A DNA stretch of 64,000 nt. It comes from an uncultured Rivularia sp. GTDB taxonomy: Bacteria > Cyanobacteriota > Cyanobacteriia > Cyanobacteriales > Nostocaceae. The position numbers and the translations under genes were made by a program. The notes beneath the pieces are model-generated. The model made no database searches and was not told where the DNA came from. It saw only the letters and a list, made by a program, of their open reading frames with translations. Each line of letters opens with the position of its first letter. Positions within the stretch are counted from its first letter, which is position 1. Shown here in pieces: positions 9,881 to 20,719 of this stretch. The stretch is from the NCBI GenBank assembly GCA_963665115.1, contig OY762007.1, positions 5,312,001 to 5,376,000 on the forward strand, written 5' to 3'.

Positions 9881-11044
9881 ATGACGCTGATCTCTCGAAT
9901 GCAATCGGTACAATCGCCGATAATCCCTGTCGTTGGGGAATTAATCAAAAATTCTCCCGGTACTATTTCTTTAGGGCAAGGTGTTGTTTCTTATTCTCCG
10001 CCACCTGAAGCTATAGAATTTTTACCTCAGTTTCTAAGTAATTCTTCAAATAATTTATATCAAGCTGTTGAAGGAATTCCACCTTTAATAAATACGCTAA
10101 AAGAAAAATTAGCAGCTTTTAACAATATAGAAATTAACGAAAATAATCGTATTGTCGTTACCGCAGGAAGCAACATGGCGTTTATGAATGCCATTCTTGC
10201 AATTACTTCCCTTGGCGACGAAATAATCTTAAATACGCCATATTATTTTAATCACGAAATGGCGATCGCCATGACTGGGTGCAATCCGGTTTTGGTGGAA
10301 ACGGATGAAAATTACCAGTTACAGCCAGAGAAAATTCTTCAAGCAATTACTCCTAAAACCAGAGCAATTGTAACAATTTCACCCAACAATCCCACCGGAG
10401 CGGTTTATTCAAAAGAGTTATTACAGCAAGTTAACGATATTTGTCGTCAGCGAGGGATTTATCATATCAGCGATGAAGCTTACGAATATTTTACTTACAA
10501 TAATGTAAAACACGTTTCACCCGCTTCATTTCCCGACAGCAGCGAATATACAATATCCTTATTTAGCCTTTCCAAAGCTTACGGTTTCGCAAGCTGGCGC
10601 ATCGGATACATGGTAATTCCGCAACATTTACTTTCAGCAGTTAAAAAAGTTCAAGATACAAACTTAATTTGTCCACCTGTAGTATCTCAATATGCTGCTT
10701 TGGGAGCATTGCAAGCAAAACCAGAATATTTGAAAGATAACATTAAGGCGATCGCACAAGTACGAGAATTAGTAATTGAATCTCTCAAACGTCTTGAAGG
10801 TATTTGTACAATAGCTCCCGCAGATGGTGCTTTCTATTTCTTTTTGAAAGTAAACGCTCAAATGGATGCTTTTGAATTAGTCAAGCAGCTTATTAGTCAA
10901 CATCACGTTGCAGTACTTCCGGGAACTACCTTCGGAATGAATCAAGGTTGTTATTTACGTGTTGCTTACGGAGCATTGCAAAAAGAAACCGCAAAAGAAG
11001 GAATTGAAAGATTAGTGAATGGGCTGAGGGATATAGTAGTTTAA
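9881..11044 (+). CDS. PLP-dependent aminotransferase class I/II
   Basis: PNNPTG, SDEAY and SLSKAYGFASWRIG motifs. Confidence 0.9.
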   Translation: MTLISRMQSVQSPIIPVVGELIKNSPGTISLGQGVVSYSPPPEAIEFLPQFLSNSSNNLYQAVEGIPPLINTLKEKLAAFNNIEINENNRIVVTAGSNMAFMNAILAITSLGDEIILNTPYYFNHEMAIAMTGCNPVLVETDENYQLQPEKILQAITPKTRAIVTISPNNPTGAVYSKELLQQVNDICRQRGIYHISDEAYEYFTYNNVKHVSPASFPDSSEYTISLFSLSKAYGFASWRIGYMVIPQHLLSAVKKVQDTNLICPPVVSQYAALGALQAKPEYLKDNIKAIAQVRELVIESLKRLEGICTIAPADGAFYFFLKVNAQMDAFELVKQLISQHHVAVLPGTTFGMNQGCYLRVAYGALQKETAKEGIERLVNGLRDIVV

Positions 11045-11123
11045 ATAAAAGTTGATGTACGGCAGATAATTGTTTAATAATAAAAACACTTCGTATGCCT
11101 GTTAAAGTTGATAGCCTAATTTT

Positions 11124-11351
11124 ATGAATACCCTTGACCAAGTGCTAGAGAATGCCTTGCAATTGCCCCAGGAGCAGCAGGAAATGCTGATTAAAATTCT
11201 ACAAAATCGCTATCATGAAAGCCGTCGAGCAGAAATCGCTGAGGATGCTCAAAAAAATTTGGCTGATTTCCATGCTGGGAACTATCGACCTCAATCAGCC
11301 GAAAGTGTCATTGCGGAATTACGCCAATCCTTGAATGAGCCAGAAGCATGA
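11124..11351 (+). CDS. Putative type II antitoxin
   Basis: 75-aa ORF overlapping the toxin gene by ATGA. Confidence 0.65.
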   Translation: MNTLDQVLENALQLPQEQQEMLIKILQNRYHESRRAEIAEDAQKNLADFHAGNYRPQSAESVIAELRQSLNEPEA

Positions 11352-11632
11352 GATTGCTGGTTTCAACTCCAAAATTTAAGCGAGCATTCGGCAAGTTTGT
11401 GAAACGAAATGCTGACCTCCAGCTACGCATCGAAGACACGCTTGGACAGATGGAAATAGACGTATTTGCTCCAAAGTTGGGTACGCATAAGTTGAGTGGC
11501 AAGCTTGACGGTCTTCAATCCTGTTCTTGCGGCTACGACTGCCGGATTGTTTTTTCAATTGAGCAAGATATCGAAACAGATAGTGAAGTTATCGTCCTAC
11601 TTGATGTTGGAACACATGATGAAGTCTATTAA
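11348..11632 (+). CDS. RelE/YafQ-family mRNA interferase toxin
   Basis: FKRAF, HKLSGKL, YDCRIVF and GTHDEVY motifs. Confidence 0.85.
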   Translation: MRLLVSTPKFKRAFGKFVKRNADLQLRIEDTLGQMEIDVFAPKLGTHKLSGKLDGLQSCSCGYDCRIVFSIEQDIETDSEVIVLLDVGTHDEVY

Positions 11633-11828
11633 TCGTATTCTAAGTGACGGCAATATAATTAGCTGTAAAGGCAAATATAATGTCAGTAATTGTTGATGCA
11701 ATTAAAAGAATAGCAGTCATTGCAAAACAGAGCAATTTCACAAATGTACCTGGGGACTTCGTATCTAGTCATCCTCCATATCCAGTTTACAAAAGTGTGA
11801 TTTTTATAGCCAATCCCCAATCCCCAAA

Positions 11829-12503
11829 TTAATCCAAAGTCAATTTTTCAAACTCTGGTTGTCCGTAAATCATATTTTCATCGACTGCTGAAAGAACTTT
11901 ATTGTTAGTTTTTTCGGAGTTCAAACTACGACAAACTAATTGCGCTACGTCTGCACGATGAATTGTTCCAGCAATTTTTGGATCTTCGGTTAATATTCCG
12001 TTTCCTGTAGCTGGTTCGGATTTTAGTCCACCGGGACGAATTACTGTATAAGTTAATCCGCTTGCTATTAAGTGTTTTTCGGCTTTTTCTTTTTCTATTA
12101 AAACTGGTTTGAGAGTTTCTAAGGCTTGGGGAGGTATGGCACTTGCACTGTCTCCACTACCAATTGAAGAAATTAAAATAAACTTTTTCACACCTGCTTT
12201 AACTGCGGCATCAATGAGATTTTTATTACCCAAATAATCAGCCCTTTCGCTGTCTTTTGGTACTCCACCAATGGTACTAATAACTGTATCGATGGTTTCT
12301 TCTCCCAGAATTGCTTTTTCTAGATCATCTACATTTAAAGCATCTCCTAAAACTACTTTTATCCCAATTTCTTCTAATTCTTGACGCTTCTCTTCAGTTC
12401 TTAAAAGCGCTTTGATTTGCAAATCTTGAGCAGTTAAACAATTAGCAATTTCTCTACCAACACCACGACTTGCTCCAGCCAGAAAAATATAACTAGTAGC
12501 CAT
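11829..12503 (-). CDS. NAD(P)H-binding atypical SDR oxidoreductase
   Basis: GASRGVG Rossmann motif, YTVIRPGGL, IHRADVA. Confidence 0.85.
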   Translation of the reverse strand: MATSYIFLAGASRGVGREIANCLTAQDLQIKALLRTEEKRQELEEIGIKVVLGDALNVDDLEKAILGEETIDTVISTIGGVPKDSERADYLGNKNLIDAAVKAGVKKFILISSIGSGDSASAIPPQALETLKPVLIEKEKAEKHLIASGLTYTVIRPGGLKSEPATGNGILTEDPKIAGTIHRADVAQLVCRSLNSEKTNNKVLSAVDENMIYGQPEFEKLTLD

Positions 12504-12819
12504 ATAAAGTTGAATAATAAGATAGTAGACAATATTTACAATATATCTTATATCGGTTTATCTGGACTATCTAAAATTGAATCTGGTGGTAATAAATTAA
12601 TTGAAAAAAATTCCTACAGTTCCCTGTTCCCGGTTTTGCCAACCTTAATTTTAAATCTATTCCTCGAAGACTTAAAAAAATATAACTCTGGAAAGAGCAA
12701 ACTTGAATATATGCTGCGATAAATTTGTGAACAACGTAAATAATTCAATATTTGAATAACAAATTGTCATCATAGATAGATGATTGTTTGTGTTTTAAGA
12801 CAAAACAGAGGGGAAATAT

Positions 12820-13113
12820 ATGAATAACGAAGAAAAACAAACTTTACCAGAAGATCCAGCTTTAGCAGAACCCGGAAAAGGTGCGCCCGGTAACAATCAC
12901 AGCGCGGTACAAATGGCGCAAACAACCGCAGTAAATCCACCCGACGCAATCATTCCTTCTGCTGCTCCTACTGAAGAGAGCAAGCAGGAAGTAAAAGCTG
13001 TTGAGAAGCAAGAAGAAAGTACAATGAGTACTACCGAAGGTTTTATTATCGATGAAGCGGGTAAGCTCGATAACTTTGCGGTTGAACCAAAAATGTATGT
13101 AGAAGATAAATAA
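12820..13113 (+). CDS. Acidic small protein with C-terminal Psb34/Ssl1498-like motif
   Basis: IDEAGKLDNFAVEPKMY resembles the Psb34 N-terminal motif; purine-rich RBS upstream. Confidence 0.55.
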   Translation: MNNEEKQTLPEDPALAEPGKGAPGNNHSAVQMAQTTAVNPPDAIIPSAAPTEESKQEVKAVEKQEESTMSTTEGFIIDEAGKLDNFAVEPKMYVEDK

Positions 13114-13140
13114 TTTAGGTTTTCCGGCATTATATTTTGA

Positions 13141-13170
13141 TGTAGAGACGTAAAATTTTACGTCTCTACA
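13141..13170. repeat. GTAG-type REP-like palindrome (TGTAGAGACGT..ACGTCTCTACA); relatives at 27741-27768 and 32181-32208
   Basis: Perfect 30-bp palindrome; the other copies share the stem and differ in the centre. Confidence 0.8.
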
Positions 13171-13207
13171 TTTTTGGCATTGCTCGAAACTCCCTACCCA
13201 GAAACTG

Positions 13208-13495
13208 ATGAACGAACAATTACAAGAAGTCTCCGAAAAGCTGCAAAAAACTGGAAGAGTAGCGGCTACATCAGTAATTTGGGGAGTCAGCGCTGGAATG
13301 CTAGCTATTTCTATTCCGCTTGTGATAGTGACAAAAACTGGTGCGATTATACCTCTAGCTGCGATTATAGGAGCGGCAGTTGCCACTTTTGCTGTATGGA
13401 GGGGAGAAAATAAGAATTCTCAGGTAAAGCAATTAGAAGAGAGAATCGCTTTTTTAGAAACAATCGTGACTACACAGGATTCAGATAAAAGCTAG
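13208..13495 (+). CDS. Small membrane protein (two TM helices plus coiled coil)
   Basis: Hydrophobic segments followed by LEERIAFLETIV. Confidence 0.7.
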   Translation: MNEQLQEVSEKLQKTGRVAATSVIWGVSAGMLAISIPLVIVTKTGAIIPLAAIIGAAVATFAVWRGENKNSQVKQLEERIAFLETIVTTQDSDKS

Positions 13496-13746
13496 ACAAT
13501 CTCTTCAGTTTAGCTATAATTTATTTCCACTGTAAATAAATAATCTTAAATAAATCTCAGTGGTTGCATATAAAATCCATTATTATGCTACCGTAATTTT
13601 TAAGCTACTGATTTTACTCAATTAGCTGTATTGCAGATAAACAAAGTTCTGTTTGATTTATGGTGTTTTCATGTATCTTGATATATTTTACTTAATTAAC
13701 GAGGAACAATTGCCTTGGTTTAAATAAACGATTACTGTTCACGATT

Positions 13747-15519
13747 GTGCCTCAAGGTATGGATGTAAACTCTATCAACTTACTAAAAGCTCAACAAGCC
13801 GACTTTCTTGAGCGAATTAAAAAAACAAAGACTTATGAGATCGCTTTACTTGAAAGTAATGTAAAGGGTTGTCATCGAGAATATATGCCATTTTGGGGTG
13901 AATTATTAGCGACACTCCTTGATAATGCTCGCTTACAAGCAGAAATTATAGCCCGCAATCCACCACCAATTCCATTTGAATATCCCGAAGATTCGGAATG
14001 GGCTATACCTTTTGTAACCTACTTTCAAAACCAAGCTGAAGATTATTTGTTGCGAGAATTCATAATTGATGAGGTGATGAAAGGCTGTCTTGGTAAGTTA
14101 GCGAACAAGATACCTCAAGACGCTGTAGATAGCATGGAATTAGATGATGAAGGAAATCTTCGAGGTGAAAGTAAATTTTCTTTTTCACTTGCAAATAATC
14201 CTCAAGTTAAAATTAGAGTTTGCGTTTCTGATTCGGAAAGTTTTAATAGTATTAAAAAAGATAAGGCACGCTGGACGGTAACTCAAGAAGATTTAAATAA
14301 TCACCAAGTGTTATTTTTTATATGTTTGTTTTTTCCAGGTTCCACTCAACGAGGATATGAAAAAGAAGCTTTAATATCTGGTTTTTTACCAACGAATCAA
14401 CTTGAATTTAATGGTTCGCAAATTCAGGTTAAACCAAGTCAATTTATGTATTCGGGAGGATTAAGTTGGTATTTGAAATTGCTTATAAATCAACAAAATC
14501 TACCGAAGCAAATTGATAAGATTAAGGAAGCTCAAATAATCTCTATTTCACCAAATCATCCTTTAGAAAACATCATCGGCGAATGGCAATGTTCCCATAC
14601 TTTAGCCGGACACATTAAAGGGATTAACTGTATTGCTTTAAAACCTCAAAACAAAAATAGTTCGCAATCTTTAATAGCTAGCGGCAGTCGAGGAGAAATA
14701 AAGCTTTGGGATTTAAAAAATGGCGATTTAATCGCGACTTTATCGGAATATCCTTGGGTTCGTACTGTAATCGTAGATGAAATCAATGATTTAGCATTTA
14801 GTCCCGACGGACAAACTTTAGCAAGTGGTGGGGCTGATTCTACTATTAAAATGTGGCATTTGGGCGCTAAAGACTTAATTGATATCATGCATAAACATAA
14901 TGGCATGGTGCGGTGTGTTGGCTTTACCCCCGACGGTAGGATGTTAGCAACTGGGGGTGATGATAGAAAGATTCAGTTTTGGGATATGACAGAGCGTCAA
15001 GTTATTACGACTCTTTCTTTGGAAGATACTGCGGCTCATTCCCTAATTTTTAGCAAGGATGCGAAAACTTTGGTAACGGGTAGTTATCGCAAAATAAAAG
15101 TTTGGAGTATTTCTAATAAGAAAGAAATATCTTGTGTCGATGTCGAATTACAGCATTCTCTTATGGGTCATTCTCACATAGTTTCTTCTTTGGCGGTAAG
15201 TAAAGATAAAAAAATTCTTGTGAGTGGAAGTAAGGATAAAACTATTAAAATTTGGCATTTAAAAACAGGGGAATTGATAAGTACTCTTAAAGGGCATAAA
15301 GATGGAGTCTGTGCAGTTGCATTGAGTAAAGATGAGCAAATTATTGCTAGTGGAAGTGCCGATAAAACTATTAAGTTATGGCATTTAGAAACAGGTGAAT
15401 TGTTAAGTACTTTTATAGGTCATAAAGATACCGTAACAGCTTTAGCTTTTAGTGATAAAGGTAATCTTTTGATAAGTGGAAGTTTAGATAAAACTGTTAA
15501 AATTTGGCAGCGTGTTTAA
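13747..15519 (+). CDS. WD40-repeat protein with uncharacterised N-terminal domain
   Basis: About 7 GH..SGS.D.TIK.W repeats in the C-terminal half. Confidence 0.85.
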   Translation: MPQGMDVNSINLLKAQQADFLERIKKTKTYEIALLESNVKGCHREYMPFWGELLATLLDNARLQAEIIARNPPPIPFEYPEDSEWAIPFVTYFQNQAEDYLLREFIIDEVMKGCLGKLANKIPQDAVDSMELDDEGNLRGESKFSFSLANNPQVKIRVCVSDSESFNSIKKDKARWTVTQEDLNNHQVLFFICLFFPGSTQRGYEKEALISGFLPTNQLEFNGSQIQVKPSQFMYSGGLSWYLKLLINQQNLPKQIDKIKEAQIISISPNHPLENIIGEWQCSHTLAGHIKGINCIALKPQNKNSSQSLIASGSRGEIKLWDLKNGDLIATLSEYPWVRTVIVDEINDLAFSPDGQTLASGGADSTIKMWHLGAKDLIDIMHKHNGMVRCVGFTPDGRMLATGGDDRKIQFWDMTERQVITTLSLEDTAAHSLIFSKDAKTLVTGSYRKIKVWSISNKKEISCVDVELQHSLMGHSHIVSSLAVSKDKKILVSGSKDKTIKIWHLKTGELISTLKGHKDGVCAVALSKDEQIIASGSADKTIKLWHLETGELLSTFIGHKDTVTALAFSDKGNLLISGSLDKTVKIWQRV

Positions 15520-15533
15520 TAATTTATTACCCA

Positions 15534-16811
15534 TTACCTATTACCTATTACAAAATTCCTTGAATTAAAAATTTCCACAACTTGTTTAACACCATTTTCC
15601 GAACGAATTTTTTCTCCCAAAATAACAGCTTGCTCTCGCATGGATTGATTTTCAACTGCATTTATAATTGCTTGAGCCAGAGTACCTACAGTCAGATTTT
15701 TTCGATTGATAGTTGCTGGAGTTACACCCAATTTCGCGGCTTGATATGCCCAATATGGTTGATCGCCAAAAAATGGAATAATAACTCCAGGTACCCCAGC
15801 CCGAAAGGTTGCAGCAGATGTTCCAGCACCACCGTGATGAACTATGCAAGCCATTTGCGGAAATAACCAACTGTGAGGAATATTATCTATTTGAAAAACT
15901 GTATCTGGTAAATCTAGGTTTTTTGCACCACTCCAACCGGAAAGAAAAATTCCTCTTTGCTGGGTTTTCGCTAATGCTGCTAAAGCAATTTCGGCGATTT
16001 TTTGCGCATCTTCACCACCCATACTACCGAAGCCAATGTATACCGGAGGAGAACCCGCTTTCAGAAATTCTACTAAATCAGTTGGAGGAATAAAATCTTC
16101 CGGTGTATCCAAAAACCAATATCCGGTAAGATGAATTCGGTTTGGCCAATCTTTTGGTTTAGGAGTTACAGATGGACTACAGGCAATCAAATATTCTACT
16201 TTGGCATCTTCCAATTTTGTAAAAGCATTTTGCCTAATACCTGTCGCTGGTAGGTTGAGAATAGATTTGCGAAATTGATTAACTGGTTTGCGAAAAAATT
16301 GCCAAAAAAGTAGATTAGTAAGCGTATAGCTAAATCGATTGTAAATACTTCCCAATTTTTCTAAATGTGGTGGTGTAACTGCATTGGGAAAGGCTGTAGT
16401 TGGATAACCCGGCGTAAGGTAGGCATAGTAAAAAGGGATACCTAATTTCTCAGCAATATCAAATCCCCAAAAAGGAAATCCTCCGCCAATAATCGCATCA
16501 GTTCCCTGACAAGCTTGCCATGAATCGAGCAAAACGGGTTCCATTATAGATTCGAGCAAATTGCCCAAGCGATGCACAAAATCAATCGGGTTTTTGGTTT
16601 TCAACATCGCTTGCCCTTCAGCGCTTTCTATACCCTCTTTCGGATTGCCGCTCATTAAAGCAAAATCTAAACCATGACTGCGAATTTCGGATTTAAAAGT
16701 GGCTTGACTTGCTAGCTTTACAGTATGCCCAGCTTGCTTTAAACCGATTCCCAAAGCAATAAAAGGCTGAACATCTCCACGGGAACCGAGAGTGAGAATG
16801 GTAATATGCAT
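15534..16811 (-). CDS. GT1-family glycosyltransferase (sterol glucosyltransferase-like)
   Basis: GSRGDVQP, YIGFGSM, HHGGAGT and FFGDQPYW motifs. Confidence 0.9.
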   Translation of the reverse strand: MHITILTLGSRGDVQPFIALGIGLKQAGHTVKLASQATFKSEIRSHGLDFALMSGNPKEGIESAEGQAMLKTKNPIDFVHRLGNLLESIMEPVLLDSWQACQGTDAIIGGGFPFWGFDIAEKLGIPFYYAYLTPGYPTTAFPNAVTPPHLEKLGSIYNRFSYTLTNLLFWQFFRKPVNQFRKSILNLPATGIRQNAFTKLEDAKVEYLIACSPSVTPKPKDWPNRIHLTGYWFLDTPEDFIPPTDLVEFLKAGSPPVYIGFGSMGGEDAQKIAEIALAALAKTQQRGIFLSGWSGAKNLDLPDTVFQIDNIPHSWLFPQMACIVHHGGAGTSAATFRAGVPGVIIPFFGDQPYWAYQAAKLGVTPATINRKNLTVGTLAQAIINAVENQSMREQAVILGEKIRSENGVKQVVEIFNSRNFVIGNR

Positions 16812-17106
16812 TACTTGAGGATTTACGTAATTGCGAAGAAATAATTATCTTGATTGTAGTGCGATCGCCATTTCAACAATGTTATCTATAACCTTTCATA
16901 GCCTTGCTTTCTAAAGGGAAGTTGGGAGAATCTAAAGTTTGTAGGGTGCTGTGACACTATGTTTGGCTTCTAAGGCAACAATAAAGTTTTCGTGTCACGC
17001 ACCAATCAAAGTTTTGTGAAAATTGCACAAATACTGTTACTTTTTAAATAGGTTTCAAAGTTAAAGAAATCGATTATAAATTATTTATATCTTTAAAAAA
17101 ACAATC

Positions 17107-17421
17107 ATGAAAGACAAACAAACTCGAACCGCTCGTAGAGGACGGATATTTCCTGAAATACAGTGGACAGAAGAACAAAAAGCGCAGCGAGAAGCAGAGC
17201 GCGAAGCTTTTTACCAGCGCTGTAAACCGATTTTCGATCAAGTGAAATCGGAATTAATTGAAACTCATTACAATTGGTATGTTGCTGTTGAACCAGATAG
17301 TGGTGACTATTTTATTGATAAAGATTTAAATCAAGTTTGGCAAAAGTGTGGTGGCAAGCATCCTGGTAAAATACATCATACTTTCCGAATTAATGAAACA
17401 GGGGCTTGCGGTACGATATAA
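17107..17421 (+). CDS. Hypothetical protein (DUF5678-like)
   Basis: HYNWYVAVEPDSGDYFID and FRINETGACG motifs of a common cyanobacterial small-protein family. Confidence 0.6.
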   Translation: MKDKQTRTARRGRIFPEIQWTEEQKAQREAEREAFYQRCKPIFDQVKSELIETHYNWYVAVEPDSGDYFIDKDLNQVWQKCGGKHPGKIHHTFRINETGACGTI

Positions 17422-17578
17422 TGAACGGATTGTTATTAAAAGCTATTTAAATTAAAGTTTATTAGAAGATATTTGAATTTAGTAAAGTACATTCGGACGG
17501 GCAGAGATGCCCATCCCACAAGAGTTTTAGAATGTAGTTTTGTAGCTTATTTATCTACAAAATGCTATTAAATCAAAT

Positions 17579-18010
17579 TCAACTCATTTCTTGAATAATT
17601 CCCACAGTCTTCACGCTGACAGTACATACTCGCTGCAATAATTCAATTACTTCTTCTTTATAATCTGCAAAACGATAATTATTAAATTTGGCTGCAATAG
17701 TAGCGTCTTTAATTTTCTTTTCTTTATATTGATCCAAAATCCATTCCAAAGCCGAACGATTACCAAGTTGATATTCCCAAGCTTGTTTCGGTACACCTTC
17801 TAAAGTGGTGACATCATCTAAAATAATTTTTCCTTTGTCTTTATCAGCTTTAAGTTTTACCTTTGGTGACACATCAGATTTTTCTAAAGGTATATCAATT
17901 CGTTTTAGTAGATAAGGTGTGACAATTTCATAATTGATATGTAAATCCATTAACAACATACCCCAGTTAACCCATTGGTAAAAATCATCGTAGAAAGTTT
18001 GCAACCCCAA
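17579..18010 (-). pseudogene. C-terminal remnant of a Type ISP restriction-modification enzyme
   Basis: AWEYQLGNRSALEWILDQYK and LLQRVCTVSVKT motifs; no N-terminal part upstream. Confidence 0.75.
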
Positions 18011-18130
18011 GTGGGTTATTCAGTTTTATATAAAGATTAAAAGAGTTAAAACTCTTACTACAAACTAAGAAAAAAGACGATATACCATAAAGTATATCGC
18101 CAATATAAAACCGTTGTATCAATCTAAAAC

Positions 18131-20059
18131 TTACAAACTCGTCTGCATCAAAGTAATATCATCAGATAATTTACCAGTTCTCAACCACTCTGATAATTCT
18201 TCAGGTACTATCGCTTTTTGAAGTCTTTCCCGCAATTTCTCCCCTTCAAGTATTTCTTTTTCCAACAATTCTTCTGCGATTTCTTCCAATAACTCACGGT
18301 TTTTATCCAAAATTGTCAAAGCAATATGATGGGCATTATCTACCATTTGCTTAACTTCTGCATCAATTACCTTTGCTACTTCTGCACTAACGTTACGACG
18401 AGCATTTCCATATCCTTCGATAAACTGTTGCTGCATTTTTTCAAAGGCAATTGGCCCCAATTTATCGCTCATTCCATATATAGTAACTGCACGCTCTGCT
18501 AATTCTGTGGTTTTTTGAATGTCGTCGGAAGCCCCAGTGGATACTTTACCAAAGATGATTTCTTCTGCCGATCGCCCACCTAATAAAGTGGCAATTCGTC
18601 CGCGAATTTCGTCTTCTATCATCAAAAAACGGTCTTCTTCGGGCATTTGTATCGTATAACCTAATGCTCCCACACCACGAGGAACTACTGATATTTTTTC
18701 AACTTTACCGGCTCCCGGCATCAAAGCTCCAACTATAGCGTGCCCAACTTCGTGATAGGCTACGGTCTTCTTCTCGGTTTCATTTAGTACGCGAGAACGT
18801 TTTTCTAAACCAGCAACTAACCTTTCAATAGCTTCGTTAAAATCGGCTAAAACTACCCCATCTCGATTTTGACGCGCTGCTAATAATGCGGCTTCGTTAA
18901 CCAAATTAGCTAAATCTGCTCCTGCAAAACCCGGAGTGCGAGCGGCTACAACTGCTAAATCAACATCTCCTGTCAATTTAACGTTACGAGCGTGAACTCT
19001 CAAAATTGCTTCTCTACCGATTTTATCAGGTCTATCTACCACAATTTGACGGTCAAAGCGTCCGGGGCGACGTAATGCAGTATCGAGTACTTCGGGACGG
19101 TTTGTTGCTGCAATAATAATTACACCAGTATTGGCATCAAAACCATCCATTTCGGTAAGTAGCTGATTTAGGGTTTGTTCGCGTTCGTCGTTACCACCCA
19201 TCATTCCATTAACACCACCCCTAGATTTACCTAGAGCATCCAATTCGTCGATAAAAACGATACACGGAGATTGCTTTTTAGCTTGTTCAAATAAATCTCG
19301 TACTCGCGCCGCACCGACACCTACAAATAACTCGATAAATTCCGAACCGGAGATACTAAAGAAAGGTACTCCAGCTTCCCCCGCAATCGCTTTCGCTAAC
19401 AGCGTTTTACCCGTTCCTGGAGGTCCCACCAACAAAGCACCTTTGGGTATTTTTGCCCCCAAACGAGTATATTTATCGGCATTCTTGAGAAAATCAACAA
19501 TCTCTTCTAATTCAGTTTTCGCTTCATCAACACCAGCAACATCGCTAAACTGTACTCCAGTGCTACCTTCTGAGTAAATTCGAGCTTTGCTTTTGCCAAC
19601 CGTTAGCGCAGCACCACCACCCTGACGACGCATTAAAATTCCCCAAATACCGAAGAAAATCACAGGAGGTATAACCCAACTTAAAAGAGTTCCAATCCAA
19701 CCATTACGATCGGGAAGTGGTGCGGCAAACTCCACATTATTTTCTCGGAGAATCTTGGGTAAATCCAAATCCAACGCCACAGGAGTAGTTGTGAATACCT
19801 GCTCTTCTTCGCTATAAATACCGTTAGGCTTAAGCACGTATTGAATGCGATCGCCACCGATAACAGCCCGCTCTACTTTACCAGCCTGTACTTGAGCGAT
19901 AAACTCGCTATAGGGAGCTTGAGGAGATTCAGTCGCGAAAAAACTGGGAACGATAAAATTAAGCAATAATAGCAAAGTCAGCAATATCAACAAGCTGCTG
20001 CCAAATTGCCGCATTTTCGGTGGCTTAATTGGGCTTTTATTTTTAGTATCAACGGGCAT
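18131..20059 (-). CDS. ftsH: ATP-dependent zinc metalloprotease FtsH (FtsH4-like)
   Basis: [27 protein letters not shown] zinc motif, two TM helices. Confidence 0.95.
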   Translation of the reverse strand: MPVDTKNKSPIKPPKMRQFGSSLLILLTLLLLLNFIVPSFFATESPQAPYSEFIAQVQAGKVERAVIGGDRIQYVLKPNGIYSEEEQVFTTTPVALDLDLPKILRENNVEFAAPLPDRNGWIGTLLSWVIPPVIFFGIWGILMRRQGGGAALTVGKSKARIYSEGSTGVQFSDVAGVDEAKTELEEIVDFLKNADKYTRLGAKIPKGALLVGPPGTGKTLLAKAIAGEAGVPFFSISGSEFIELFVGVGAARVRDLFEQAKKQSPCIVFIDELDALGKSRGGVNGMMGGNDEREQTLNQLLTEMDGFDANTGVIIIAATNRPEVLDTALRRPGRFDRQIVVDRPDKIGREAILRVHARNVKLTGDVDLAVVAARTPGFAGADLANLVNEAALLAARQNRDGVVLADFNEAIERLVAGLEKRSRVLNETEKKTVAYHEVGHAIVGALMPGAGKVEKISVVPRGVGALGYTIQMPEEDRFLMIEDEIRGRIATLLGGRSAEEIIFGKVSTGASDDIQKTTELAERAVTIYGMSDKLGPIAFEKMQQQFIEGYGNARRNVSAEVAKVIDAEVKQMVDNAHHIALTILDKNRELLEEIAEELLEKEILEGEKLRERLQKAIVPEELSEWLRTGKLSDDITLMQTSL

Positions 20060-20435
20060 TTTATTTCCTTAGTTTCGATTGAAAAAATATGACAAAATAT
20101 TTGTACTCAGCCCTTACAAATAGGGAACGGAGAAAAGTAAAAAGTATTGATTTTTTTAAGATAGGTAGCACTGTACAAAAATACATTCGCTTTCAAATTC
20201 TCTTTTTCCTCTTGTCTCTGCTATAGAGACTTTGTTCGCATACAATGCAAATGAATAATTATAAAATTGTATTTTTAACAGATATTTAAGTATTGCAAAG
20301 GAAAAATATAATTTTGTGAATTACCGATCTAAAATACAAATTAGTTTTTACGTTACATAATTTATTGTAGAAAATCGCCAAAAAATTTTATTAGTGTCTA
20401 CCCTACCTCTATATAGGTGTATAACCGTACAGTAA

Positions 20436-20630
20436 ATGAAAAATCAATTTATATTTGTGCTGAAAGTATTATTGCTTTCTGGGGCTATTTCACTCTTTAT
20501 TAAATATTTAGCTCCAAGTTTGTCAATTCCGGAAACAGCAACTAATGCTTTGATTATTGTATTGTTACCAAATGTAATTATGGCAACTATTTTAGTATGG
20601 CAACTATCCAGAAGACAAAAAGTTAACTAA
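20436..20630 (+). CDS. Small membrane hypothetical protein
   Basis: 64 aa with two hydrophobic helices. Confidence 0.55.
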   Translation: MKNQFIFVLKVLLLSGAISLFIKYLAPSLSIPETATNALIIVLLPNVIMATILVWQLSRRQKVN

Positions 20631-20719
20631 AATTACTTAGGCAGAAGTAGCTAATATCAGCTAACCTAGCAAGATTATCGGTAAAGAATAGTTCGCCTCG
20701 TCGATCCGGGAGTTAAAGC

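Noticed and set aside
12862..13386. 174-aa minus-strand ORF and similar overlapping short ORFs across the window
   Set aside because: Shadow frames of better-supported genes with no recognisable motifs.
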